From the human T2T-CHM13v2.0 reference genome, Homo sapiens, in NCBI RefSeq assembly GCF_009914755.1, contig NC_060927.1: a stretch of 64,000 nt of DNA; one strand, written 5' to 3'. Every line of letters starts with the position of its first letter. Position 1 is the first letter of the stretch. Of the stretch, positions 15,927 to 28,605 are shown piece by piece. A model generated the notes under the pieces. That model had not been told where the DNA came from, made no database searches, and was given only the letters and a program-made list of their open reading frames with translations. The position numbers and the translations under genes are program-made.

Positions 15927-16082
15927 AGCTGGGTGTGGTGGCACGTGCCTGTGGTCCCAGCTCCCCGGGAGGCTTGAAGGATCGCCTGAGCCTAAGAGTT
16001 TGAGGCTCCAGTGTGCTATCATCACATCTGTGAATAGCCACTGCCCTATATCCTAGACAACATGGTTAGACCATGTCTCTAA
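15927..16082 (+). mobile_element. FAM fossil Alu monomer in the P3H2 3' UTR (antisense to mRNA), followed by (AG)n
   Basis: Contains FAM-type TGTGAATAGCCACTG segment; monomer length. Confidence 0.8.
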
Positions 16083-16295
16083 GAAGAGAGAGAGAGAGAG
16101 AGAGAGAGAAAACAACCCAAAACAAGAAAGATAGATTGATAGATTGAGGCAACACAAGCATCCTTAGGAAGAGAAGGAAGATCTGATGACTGACATTAAC
16201 CTGTTAATTTATACCATGGCTCTGTACAAAAATAAAAAGGTTCTCATAAGATTAACAATTTAAATAAATATTTGATAGAACATTCTTTCTCATTT

Positions 16296-16388
16296 TTATA
16301 GCTCATCTTTAGGGTTGATATTCAGTTCATGCTTCCCTTGCTGTTCTTGATCCAGAATTGCAATCACTTCATCAGCCTGTATTCGCTC
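16296..16388 (-). CDS. P3H2: P3H2 exon 15 coding part: ERIQADEVIA...NINPKDEL-stop
   Basis: CAG acceptor 16389-16391; TAA at 16296-16298 directly after KDEL ER-retention signal. Confidence 0.96.
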   Translation of the reverse strand, partial: ERIQADEVIAILDQEQQGKHELNINPKDEL

Positions 16389-17054
16389 CTGCAAAAAAGA
16401 CAATTTACACATTTCTGTTACAAGCATAATAATCAGTCTCATCAGCAGACGCTTCCCAAACACTTCCTGGCATCCATCTGTACATGGGTTGATGCTATAT
16501 CCAGTTAAGCATTGAACACCTCCTCTTCATCCCCAGACAGATGCCTTCTCCTAACATTCCTGGGTCCTAAGCAATTACTTTCTAAGATTTTCTCTCCTGC
16601 AAAGAACGACTGTATGTTCAACTGCTTCCTACTCTTTCTAATTCATGGCCCCATAGCCATCTCCAACTCAGTTCAGTGGTCAAGCTGAATTCACCATTTT
16701 CTCCCCAAGAACCTGCTCTGTTCTTCACGTAGGCTCTCTCTCGGTAAAGACCAACATCGCTCACCTATTTGCCTTAAAAGCCCGACCATGGTTTCCTGCA
16801 TCTGATAAGTCACCTATTCTGTTCTATCTGCTGTCTCTGCCCCTTTCTCCTCAATGCACTATTGTTGCCGGAGTTTAGGTCAGGGTTTCTCAATTTTGGT
16901 CTGATTGACATTTTTAGACCAGATAATTATTTGTTGGGGGGTGGGAGGGTGGTGCTGCCCTGTGCCCTGCAGGATGCTCAGCGACACCCCGTCCTCTCTA
17001 CCTACCACAGGTGTCAGTAACAACCTCCCCCACCAACCCCCAGATATTGCCAAA

Positions 17055-17387
<333 letters not shown>

Positions 17388-17620
17388 TGAGAGCCACCAT
17401 TGTAAGCCCTCATCATCTCTTAATTACTGCCGCAGCCTCCAAATTGCTCTCGCTGTTTCACTACTCACCCTCACATGCTTCTAATGAATCCTACTGGCTT
17501 ATATCTGATTATATCTCTTTCCTACTCACAGCTCTTCAATGGGTCCCTACTGCTTGAAGTTTCAGGTCTACTTTTCTTGGTGTGCTTATAAGAAGTTGCT
17601 TTACACCTGTCTCTCTTCTT

Positions 17621-17898
17621 TTTTTTTTCTTTTATTTATTTATTTATTTTTTATTATTATACTTTAAGTTTTAGGGTACATGTGCACAATGTGCAGGTTA
17701 GTTACATATGTATACATGTGCCATGCTGGTGCGCTGCACCCACTAACTCGTCATCTAGCATTAGGTATATCTCCCAATGCTATCCCTCCCCCCTCCCCCC
17801 ACCCCACAACAGTCCCCAGAGTGTGATATTCCCCTTCCTGTGTCCATGTGTTCTCATTGTTCAATTCCCACCTATGAGTGAGAATATGTGGTGTTTGT
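17621..17898 (-). mobile_element. Young 5'-truncated L1 3' end (L1PA2-like)
   Basis: Near-consensus L1 3' UTR with GAG (not ACA/ACG) diagnostic; perfect TSD TCTCTCTTCTT at 17610-17620 and 17899-17909. Confidence 0.9.
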
Positions 17899-18245
17899 TC
17901 TCTCTTCTTATTCATACCTTTCTCTCTTCTTTAGGTTTATTTTGCCTCCCTTCTCCTCACCTTATATTCCAACTTCTTAACTTACCTCAAGCTCCCTGAA
18001 TGTAACACTTTCAAAAGAATTCCCTAATCCGATTCTGAATTAAGTGTTTCTCTGGATGCTCCCATTATATTCTACGCTTTCTTTTATTCCTCACATTAAT
18101 CCATCAGCAGGTGCAGCTGGTCTACCTCCAAATTGTATCTCAAATCTTCCATCTCTTTTTACCTTCTCTATTACTACTCCAGTCCAAGACCACATGTTAG
18201 CTAAAGTAATCTTCTGTATCCTGTAACTCTCCAGGACTGGAGGAG

Positions 18246-18248
<3 letters not shown>

Positions 18249-18289
<41 letters not shown>
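18249..18289. repeat. (TG)n microsatellite
   Basis: Direct reading. Confidence 0.95.
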
Positions 18290-18290
<1 letters not shown>

Positions 18291-18399
18291 GGGGTGTGGG
18301 GACTACATGACTTTCCACTAGTTAGAATACAATTCGCATTTCCCAATCAGCCTGTGGAATCCGACTCCTGCCGCCTCCACGTCCTCTACTGAAGCCACT

Positions 18400-18850
18400 C
18401 TCCCTCTTGTCTGCCATATTCCAGATGCTCTGGCTTTCTTTGTTTCTTGGTGACTCCAAACATCTTATTGTCTCTGGGCCTTTGCAGCTTGTCCTCTGCC
18501 TGGAATACTCTCCTCCAGACATTTATCCTAGTGGACTTCTAATTTATTAGGTTTCAGCTCACATGCCACTTGTTTGGCGAGGCCTCACAATTTGCCGCTC
18601 CTACCCTTTCACTCCAGAATCAGTTGTCTTGTTCCATTTTCCACACATCATTGGTCACCGTGTGAAAAATCTCTCGATTATTTATTTATTTTTTACTTTT
18701 TTGGGATCTGTTTCCTTCCACTAGAATGTAAGCTCCAGAAGAGCAGGGCATCTTATCTTCTTGGTCACTACTGTATTTTCAGTGCTCAGAAAAGCCACTG
18801 ACATGTGGCAAGAGTTCTATTTTCTTTGATGAGTAAATGTGTAAATGGAT
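18400..18850 (+). mobile_element. L2 fragment (approximate ends)
   Basis: CTCTGCCTGGAATACTCT, CCACTAGAATGTAAGCTCCAGAAGAGCAGG. Confidence 0.6.
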
Positions 18851-19319
18851 GAAGCCTTTCTCTGTCTAAAATGCCTCTCCCTAAAGAAATTGATCTTTTA
18901 AAGCTTTTTTTCAAATGCCATCTCCTCAAAGAAGCCTTTTTGGATTGCTTTTTGATATCCCTCAAACCACGCATTTGCTGCTAAGGATTCTTACCAAAAC
19001 TTGCCTTGTGGTTTAATTAGTTGGGTCCTTGTATTATTTCTCCAATTTGACTTCAAGCTCCTTGAAAATAGGAATTATATCCTACTAGTGTGCATTCCCC
19101 ATAGGCGGTCTTTAACACAGTGCCTGCGCACAGTAAGTTAAATAAATAACTATTTTATGAATTGAAAACAAAGCCCCTTTCATGCAAGAGCTTGTAATAA
19201 AAAATGTTTACAAAAAGGCAACTAAAAGGACTAGATATACTAAATAACAGAAAATTAAGTTGCTGCCACATCTAAATAAAAAGCCCAAGTACTACTTTAC
19301 AAATATAAGGAAAACAATC

Positions 19320-19616
19320 TTTTTTTTTTTTTTCAAGACAGAGTCTCACTCTGTTGCCCAGGTTGGAGTGCAGTGGTGCGATCTCGGGTTACAGCAACCT
19401 CCACCTCCTGGATTCAAGTGATTCTCCTGCCTCAGCCTCCCCAGTAGCTGGGATTACAGGCATATGCCACCATGCCTGGCTAATTTTTGTAATTTTAGTA
19501 GAGACGGGGTTTCGCCATGTTGGCCAGGCTGGTTTCGAACCCCTGACCTCAGGTGATCTGCCCGCCTCGGCCTCCCCAAGTGCTAGGATTACAGGACTGA
19601 GCCACCGTGCCCGGCC
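19320..19616 (-). mobile_element. AluS
   Basis: TSD AAGGAAAACAATC at 19307-19319 and 19617-19629. Confidence 0.93.
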
Positions 19617-20095
19617 AAGGAAAACAATCCTGATACTTAACAAATCGACACACATACAAAGCTTTCACATCTGTTGACCACAAGAAATGATTGTAATCTT
19701 GTTTCTCATTAAGGGAAAGAAATTCAAGAGCTGGAACCAATATATATGAAGCTTCGAACATCCTTGCATCCTTAAAAGGATGTTGCTAAATACTCCTTGA
19801 GAACTGAGACCCTTTAAAGTAATTCATAATAAGCATGAGAATCGGCCAGCTCTAATGACTTGTTCATAGGTAGGCATTTTTTTTTTCTGAGATTCAATCT
19901 GCAAAAAGACGTCTAGGCCAGGAACTCCCAAACTCTGCTGCTGCACGTTAGAATCACCTGGGGAGCTCTTAAAACTCCTGAAACACAGATGTTAGTAGTT
20001 TGTAACGATCAATAGATGATCTCCACGTGTAGCAAAGAATGATTCACAGCCTGGGCTAATTTAGCTGAGGAAAAAGTTCTGGTCATTTCCCACTG

Positions 20096-20114
20096 TGGCC
20101 ACTAGATGCCGCTA
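20096..20114 (+). promoter_or_regulatory. CTCF-like motif
   Basis: TGGCCACTAGATGCCGCTA, one core mismatch from CCACTAGATGGCGC. Confidence 0.4.
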
Positions 20115-20514
20115 CGGCCTGAAGACTGGAGAGGTTTTCTAGTACTTTTCCATCAGAGGAAGGGACGCTGGCGTTGATGTTTCCTATTACAAAGGAGCAA
20201 AGAGAACTTACTTTGTGTTAGCTTATTTTGAGAGAACAATACCTTGGAAAAGGGAGTTTGGATACTGAATGATGAAATAGATTAAATGTCTGCTGAATTG
20301 AATACTAGAATAGTGAGGTAATATTTCAATAATTTTATCTTCACTGTCTACCCATTGACATAGGTTCCTTAGTTTAAAAAAAAATGCTTTGATGGAATGC
20401 TAACATTTTGGAGATGGAAAATACCAGGATATAAAGTAATGATAGGGGAAGGCAATTGTTTGCTGCTCCCTTGAGGTTTTCAGGACTCTGTGCTCTGGTC
20501 CTTTTGTCAGGGCC

Positions 20515-20849
<335 letters not shown>

Positions 20850-21802
20850 AGGGCCATTTTTTCTATGCCTGGCTATCGTCTTTGCTTCTAGGTCTGAGCT
20901 TATAGAAGTCTTCCTTGATTCCCTGCTACAAAACATATACTGTTCTCTTCTTACAGCGTATTTACTAGCTGTTCTGTCCAAGCTCCTCATAGTCCAGGAC
21001 CTTGTTCTGTTCACCCTTCTACCCCTAGGGCCTATCTAGCAGAGTTTCCAAGGCAGATAATAATAGCTCTTCTGTACAATAAAAGGTCACAATAGGTCTT
21101 TTGTAAAATATGTGAAAGAATGGCTTAGGGAATGTGGGGAAACACTTTGTAAGTTAGATTTGATGGTGAAAAGTATATGAGAAAAACGCATTATTTTTAA
21201 ATAGTTTCTGATGAAATTGGATTCAACTTAGGAACCTAACAAGGAAAACTGGATAGAATGCCAGTTTTAAGAATAGAATTTCATAGCTTCATCAATACTT
21301 AGGGCTGGAGAAGATTTGGAGGTCATCCAGTTAAGCCTCTGCTACGATGTTTTAGATTCCATTTCAGCGTTCCATGCTAAGCAGTTGCCTGGGCTTTGAT
21401 TGGAGCCATCCAATCAGTGCTTCCAAAGCAGACAATTCTGCCAAACTGTGGTGACTATTTGAAAGTTATTCCTTGTGTGGAGCCCAAATTTTCCCTCCAG
21501 GGCTTCTACCCATTGGTCTTAATTCATACCGCTGCAGCTCCACAGGTGGAGACTATGACATCTGCCCACGGGCTTCCAAAACGATGAGATCATGGTCTCC
21601 TCCTAGCTAAGTGTCCTCAGCTAGTTTGCATATAATAATATTGAAATACTTAATGTAATAACAGTAATAAGTAATAATAATCTTTTAGGTTTCCTTGCCC
21701 TCTTTCAAATACGTTTCATAAATGATTCAATACTATTTCTTATGATTTGCGAGAAAACAAATCCGTCTTCTGGGTGACCAATAAAAAGTGATTCCTCCCT
21801 GA

Positions 21803-22118
<316 letters not shown>

Positions 22119-22332
22119 TTACAATTTGTTAATAAGCTCAAGACAGATTAGTGACTATCAAATATCATTGACACAGCTATTTCTACAAACATCTTCACTT
22201 ACTAGAACATATCTGATTAAGAACTGCCTTTACCCTCTTCTTTTCCTCAGACGAAGCAATTTAAAGGACTTCTCAGATAAAGCAGTTCATGAAGCAAGCC
22301 TAATTGGCTTTCTGGGCGGGTGAGAAACTCAC

Positions 22333-22473
22333 CAATTCTCTATAAAGTGGGTCCAAGGTGAACCACAGAGCCACAGCACACCTCTTTCCCTTGGTGACTG
22401 CCTTCACCCCATGAGGGTTCTCTCCTCCAGATGAGAAGCTGATCATGCGCCCACATTTTGGTTTTATAGAGGC
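22333..22473 (-). CDS. P3H2: P3H2 exon 14 (141 nt): ASIKPKCGRM...NPHGVKAVTKGKRC...LYREL
   Basis: CAG acceptor 22474-22476, GTGAGT donor from 22332, phase 0/0; distal His (HGV) and 2OG-binding Arg (GKR). Confidence 0.96.
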
Positions 22474-24078
22474 CTGAGAAAGAAAGCAAAAATTAGACTT
22501 TCAATTGTTGTATCATAAACATTTCCACAACTCCTGCTTCTCTGGCTATGAGATTATTTGAGTTAAGGCCTGAGGCGAAGAATAAAGGAATCCTGGGATT
22601 GAAGATGATGTAAATTATCTCAATTTTCTCACCCGTAAAACAAAGGTAAGGTCAAAATAATATATACCTCAGAAAATAAAAAGATGTTCAAGTAAAACGT
22701 GTAGCAAAGTCCACATACATAGTAATCATTCAATACATGCTATATATATGATAGCCTGCAAATTCAAAGAAGGCAAAGTTTTCCTCTCATAATTCATTTC
22801 TGTAGCTTTTGCACTAGCAAAGCATCCGGATACAAGGTAGGTGTCCATTCCATACTTGTGTAATTAACAAACAAACAAACAGGACATCTGCAGTGCTGGA
22901 AAAGTTGTTATTGATCTAGGTAGTGGTTACATGAACGTATACGCTTTCTAATTTTTAAATTGTACATTCATGGTTTATGTGCTTTTCACAATACAAACAT
23001 TTTTAAAAGTCATAATTCTGTATGATATTTCATTTCCTTTACACTATTGTTTCCCAGTGGTCGTTTAGGCATTGTTTGAACATCTCTAGTGGTGAGAACA
23101 CGACACCCCTTGGAGTGGCCTATTCGCCATCACCCTTAAGTGTTTTAAGACTGACACAGTCCTTCGCAGCTTATGCACTGCTCAGGTGGAGCTGTCCACA
23201 GCGTTTAGGTAGAAGAGTGTAGTGAGAGAAAAAGAAATACTGCTGGGCTCACTGAGCCAGGGTAGAAGATCAAACAAGCTGCCTCTTCAAATTGAATGAG
23301 CTTAAGCAACTGAATATTAGAGGCCTTGCTTCTGTGTTTAAAGAAGTGTCTCATGTGAGTAGAATCCATTTTGTCTTTCTTGGGAAATACAGAAACTTTA
23401 TTCATTCCTCTGTATAGTTCAGAAAAGTAAAGTAAAACCAAAAAAAAGTGGCACTAGCCATTTTACTAGGTGAGAACATGGACTGGTTCTCACTAGCCAT
23501 TTTCTGAATTGACTTGAGTTGACATATGCCCGTAAATCTTTGGTTTCCTTCTGCATAAAATGAGCTGGCTGGTTTTTCACTGCTAGCTTCAGGAAGAATA
23601 TTTGAAAAATTTCCTAAAGTCCTTGGTTGCTACATAACATAGGTACTCCCAGACTACGTGACTACATATGGAAGGTAAGAGGTAGGTGGAGGAGTCGGAA
23701 AGCCAGAGAGACAGGTGGGTGCATATGTGTTTATGTGGGCATGTGTGTGTGTTTATGTCTGTGTGAGTCTGCATGTGTGTGTATATGTGACTTGTGTGTG
23801 AGTGTTAAAGGGAAGAGCAGAAAAAAAGCAGTCAGTTTCTTTTTACTCTTCTACTCACAATAACTGAAGAGTGATTTGTCTTTGCTGGAATTGCTTTTCC
23901 TAAACAGCTTTACCAAGGCAACTGTTCTGATGTAAATCTAGAGAGTTCACGAGTTAGTCGTGTCCTCAGTATCAATGTGATTCTGTTTTTCTGGAGAAGG
24001 AATTTGTACATTTCCACATAGAAGCAGCAAAATAAGTGAAAGGTAAAACCTGTGAAGTAGGATAGAAAAGACTTCTGA

Positions 24079-24345
24079 GGCCGGGCGTGGTGGCTCACGC
24101 CTATAATCCCAGCACTTTAGGAGGCCAAGGCAGGTGGATCACCTGAGGTCAGGAGTTTGAGACCAGCCTGGCCAACATGGTGAAACCCCGTCTCTACTAA
24201 AAATACAAAAATTAGCCAGATGTGTTGGTGGGTGCCTGTGATCCCAGCTACTCAGGAGGCTGAGGCAGGAGAATCGCTTGAACCTGGGAGACGGAAGTTG
24301 CAGTGAGCTGAGATCGTGCTACTGCACTCCAGTCTGGGTGACAGA
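24079..24345 (+). mobile_element. AluSx-like
   Basis: Full Alu; tail expanded into GAAA repeats. Confidence 0.93.
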
Positions 24346-24499
24346 AAAAAAAAAAAAGAAAGAAAGAAAAGAAAGAAGAGAGGGAGAGAAAGAAAGAAAA
24401 AGAGAGAGAGAAAGAAAGAAAAGAAAGAAAGAAAGAAAGAGAAAGAAGGAAAGAAAGGAAGAAAGAAAGAAAGAAAGAAAAAAGAAAGAAAGAAAGAAA

Positions 24500-24571
<72 letters not shown>

Positions 24572-24573
24572 AA
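24346..24573 (+). repeat. Compound (GAAA)n microsatellite derived from the Alu tail
   Basis: Purine-only tract, about 18 pure GAAA units at 24501-24573. Confidence 0.95.
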
Positions 24574-26491
24574 AGCCTTCTGAGTAAATGGCCTTGGGAT
24601 GTTGGAATTTCAGGTTTTCTGGGCTGCCCACTCCCTGGTGCTGGTCAGGACTCACTCAAACACGCATTTGCCAATGTTTCTATGTGATTACCAAGTCTTG
24701 GTAACATCTTATAAGACTAAAGAAAGGATGTGGGGACAAATTAGTATTTTCTTTCTTCTGGAATTGAAAGTAATTTTAAACATGAATAACTTTGGGAAAG
24801 TTTAGGAAAAGAAGCTGTGAACTGTATGAGGCGGTTGGAACTGATTATAGCCGTGGATTCACAAGGATCTCTAAGACCCATCTCATCACACAGCGAACAT
24901 CATCTGTTACATGTCAGGTATTTGGAGGAATAAACAAGCTTTAGTGAACCTGCTTCCATGTGTGACATTGTTTCTACAGCAAAAATATGTTATGAAGTTT
25001 GGATAAATGATTATAAACATACTTTTGTAACACAGCCCCGTTTATACTGAATTTAATTTTTCATGAAACAAATGGAACTCATTAAATTTTATCTTCTTTG
25101 AACCTGCACAGAGAAACCAACATCCTTGAATTCCCAAGTCTCACAAACAAATGCCGCTATTGAAAAGAATCCACATATCTTCCAAGTATACTAAGCATAA
25201 TTTAAAATAATCCTTTTGCTTTCCGTCTAACTGATGATTGATTTAGAAAAGCGTTTGTGCTGTAATTGTCTTTAATAAAAGTAAAATTTCAGCCACCTTT
25301 CAGATAATTACACAACTTCCAGATTTTTCCAAAGTAAAGGACTCAGAAGACGTTACTTCCTTATGTGGCCTCAAGTTATGCCATTTCTCTGCTCCATTTG
25401 TCCCTCCACAGTCAAAGGGAAACTAAAACAGAAAAATACCCATTTCTGTTGCTGTTGTTGTTGTTGCTGGTACTAGAATAAACTTCCTGTGGGGAAAGAT
25501 AAGAACTGCCTTACGTAAGAATTTTAGTTATCTACGTTATTCCCTAAAATGCCACTGTATGCATTAATATGAAGTATTTGAGGAAATAAATGTTCTCAAA
25601 CAGGAGCTTTTGGATTAAAAATTTGTTTAAATCAGTTTTAGTTTTTTTAGGGGAGGTTAGATTCTGGGTTTTTAAAAATAGTTATAGATTTTAATTAAAA
25701 TTGTAGCACTCTGAAAGGAGAATATTATCTGCTTTCACATCTTTAAAAAGTAGAATTCCAGTTAACTTGACATTCAAAAATTAATGAAACAGGCATCCCT
25801 TGCTTTAAGCATCAAGCATTTCCAAATACGGCCACTAGATGGAGGAGAAGCAAAGAAATCTTTTCAACCACCTGTCTGACTTTCTTTGAAACTGCGAAAT
25901 GCCAGTATTTTTGTACCTCAGTTTCAGTGTTAGCAGAGATCAGAAATAAAATGCTTCCTACACTCAAGCTTTCCCAGAAGTGCAAAAAACCTTCTGGACT
26001 TTAAACTCCAATACAGATCGTCAATCTTGATTTAATTTATCAGATTACGGAGTATTAAAGTACTCCCATATTAACATTTAAGCTTTTTACCCAAAAAGTG
26101 AGGCATCATGACTTTTTAACATATATTATTGTATGAAGTCACATGAAATATTTTTTCTTAGTTATTACAATGTTTCTAGACAATTTTAACGAGAATCCTC
26201 ATAGGAATCACCTTTTAACCCAGTAATACATACTTTTTGATATTACCTGCTTATATCACAGTACTGTGTGATGAATAACATATGTGTGTCATAAATGACA
26301 GATATGTTTCACTAATGAGAAAAGCATGTAAGCTATGAGGGACAAGCATAAAATTCAAGAAAAGTTTAGAAATAGCTTCTATAATGCCAAAACTTTGAAG
26401 TTTATCACATACATGTCCCAACTACTTAGATTTTGTATGGTGGTGAGAGATACCTGGTCATCTATAATCTGCTTACTTTCTCAATTGGAAA

Positions 26492-27409
26492 TTTTTTTAT
26501 TATTATTATACTTTTAAGTTCTAGTGTACATGTGCAGAATGTGCAGGTTTGTTACATAGGTGTACATGTGCCATGGTGGTTTGCTGCACCCCATCAAACC
26601 ATTATCTACATTAAGTATTTCTCCTAATGTTATCCCCCTGACAGGCCCTGGTGTGTGATGTTGCCCTCCGTGTCCATGTGTTCTCATTGTTCAGCTCCCA
26701 CTTATGAGTGAGAACATGTGGTGTTTGGTTTTCTGTTCCTGTGTTTGTTTGTTGAGAATGATGGTTTCCAGCTTCATCCATGTCCCTGAAAAGGACATGA
26801 ACTCATCCTTTTTTATGGCTGCATAGTCTTCCATGGTATATATGTGCTACATTTTCTTTATCCAGTCTATCATTGATGAGCATTTGGGTTGGTACCAAGT
26901 CTTTGCTATTGTGAACAGTGCCGCAATAAACATACATGTGCATATGTCTTTATAGTAGAATGATTTATAATCCTTTGGGTATATACCTAGTAATGGGATT
27001 GCTGGGTCAAATGGTATTTCTGGTTCTAGATCCTTGAGGAATTGCCACACTGTCTTCCACAATGGTTGAACTAATTTACACTCCCACCAACAGTATAAAA
27101 GCATTCCTATTTCTCCACATCCTCTCCAGCATCTGTTGTTTCCTGACTTTTTAATGATCGCCATTCTAACTGGCGTGAGATGGTATCTCATTGTGGTTTT
27201 GATTTGCATGTCTCTAATGACCAGTGATGATGAGCTTTTTTTCATATGTTTGTTGGCCTCATAAATGTCTTCTTTTGAGAAGTGTCTGTTCATATCCTTC
27301 TCCCACTTTTTGATGGGGTTGTTTGTTTGTTTTTCTTGTAAATTTGTTAAAGTTCTCTGTAGATTCTAGATATTAGCCCTTTGTCAAAAGGATAGATTGC
27401 AAAAATTTT
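26492..27409 (-). mobile_element. L1 3' end (~0.9 kb, L1PA7/8-like) with ORF2 C-terminus, 3' UTR and A-rich tail
   Basis: ORF 26847..27293 is L1 ORF2p C-terminal cysteine-rich region (CWRGCGE...[13 protein letters not shown]); L1 3' UTR and TTTTTTTATTATTATTATAC tail at ~26492. Confidence 0.93.
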
Positions 27410-28316
27410 AAAACAGAAAACTGGGCTATATTCTTCAGGCCATGGAGGGTTTTTGACCATTCCATGGATCCTATCTGAGGTATGGCAGTGAGCAGTAAAC
27501 TTTTGGCTTTACTAGCATTTTCTTTCGGGGTCTGTAAGTCCCGGTCCACCAAAACTGCTTCCTCGTGCTCCTTCCAGCAGTCATAATCTGTCACCATGGC
27601 AATACTCGCATAACAAATTCCAGCCTCTTTAGTGAGAACCACCTCTGGAACTGTGGTCATGTTGATAACATCCACCCCCCAGGTGCAGAACATGAAGCTT
27701 TCTGCTCAAGAGATAAAACGAGGTCCCTCAGTTGTGACCATTGTCCCCTTTGAATGTCACCAGAGTCCTAGCTTCTTAGCAGTCTCTATAAGAACGTCTC
27801 TCGTTTGGGGGCTTGGCCCCCATTGGAATATGGCACACTCCTCTAGCACAACAATGACTTCCATCATAGAGGGACTGAGGTCTCATACTGGTCCTGTCAA
27901 TGAACTGATCAATAATGACAATATCGCCAGGTTGAATCTCCTCCCTCAAGGAGCCACAAGCTGTGGTCCCTATGACATGTGTACAGCCCTCTTCCTTCAA
28001 AGCCCAGATGGTCGCCTGGTAGTTGACCTTGGAAGCCAGGATGGTGTGCTGCCTCCCATGCCTTGCAAGGAGGACACAATCAACATTTTTTATCTTCCCC
28101 AAAATTAAGACATCAAATGGCTTGCCAAATGGAGTATCCACATATTTTTCAGTTCTTCCTTCTAAAATTTCTGGATCATCCAGGCCTGTTCCACCAATTA
28201 TTCCAATCTTCATGGCAGTGGTGGTGGTGCTTGAGGCCATGTCCGCACAGGAAAGGAAGCTGCAGTGGGCGAGCACTCGGGACTAAGGGAATGAAGTGGG
28301 CCAAAGAGCGGCAGCA
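27409..28316 (-). pseudogene. MTAPP2: MTAP (methylthioadenosine phosphorylase) processed pseudogene, 3'-truncated; symbol from memory of the 3q28 copy and not verified
   Basis: Intronless [29 protein letters not shown]... from ATG at 28238-28240 with ~75 nt of 5' UTR-like sequence; frameshift near 27805-27820, in-frame TGA at 27757-27759; second half in ORF 27373..27693 ([11 protein letters not shown]...DYDCW...AQFSVL). Confidence 0.93.
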
Positions 28317-28476
28317 GTCGAAAATATATTTTTCTACCATTGTGTATGCTCTTTGGCTTGAAGACCAAAGGATGCTAACTATATGGTCTTTAAGTAGGCT
28401 TCTTTCCAAAGGCACGGGTTTACTTAGGAAGATGGTCGTTGAATTGAACTTTTGATTTACTCTTTGTTTACATATT

Positions 28477-28567
28477 TGTGTGTGTGTGTGTGTGTGTGTA
28501 TCAATTTTCAGGTATGAGTTTATTACATACAGTCACAATCATATATCTCTCTATGCATATATATATG

Positions 28568-28605
<38 letters not shown>

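Larger units (their letters stand above)
15112..16295 (-). other. P3H2: P3H2 3' UTR (end approximate)
   Basis: Follows stop codon; minus-strand AATAAA hexamers at 15467-15472, 15238-15243 and 15134-15139. Confidence 0.75.

Noticed and set aside
15550-16041. 163-aa minus-strand ORF in the 3' UTR
   Set aside because: Begins in the FAM element and crosses the CA repeat; no coding signature.
16386-16391. NAGNAG acceptor (CAG GAG) at exon 15, also at exon 3
   Set aside because: GAG is a very poor distal acceptor; no evidence of use.
24248-24687. Lys/Glu/Arg-rich and Phe/Leu/Ser-rich ORFs
   Set aside because: Translations of the (GAAA)n repeat; likewise 7544-7844 and 28478-28745.
26847-27293. 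148-aa ORF as a gene or in-frame MTAP-ORF2 fusion
   Set aside because: L1 ORF2 C-terminal remnant; the MTAP frame enters L1 out of the ORF2 frame and stops at 27373.
27565-28455. Plus-strand ORFs over the pseudogene
   Set aside because: Antisense shadows of MTAP coding sequence with no recognisable protein features.
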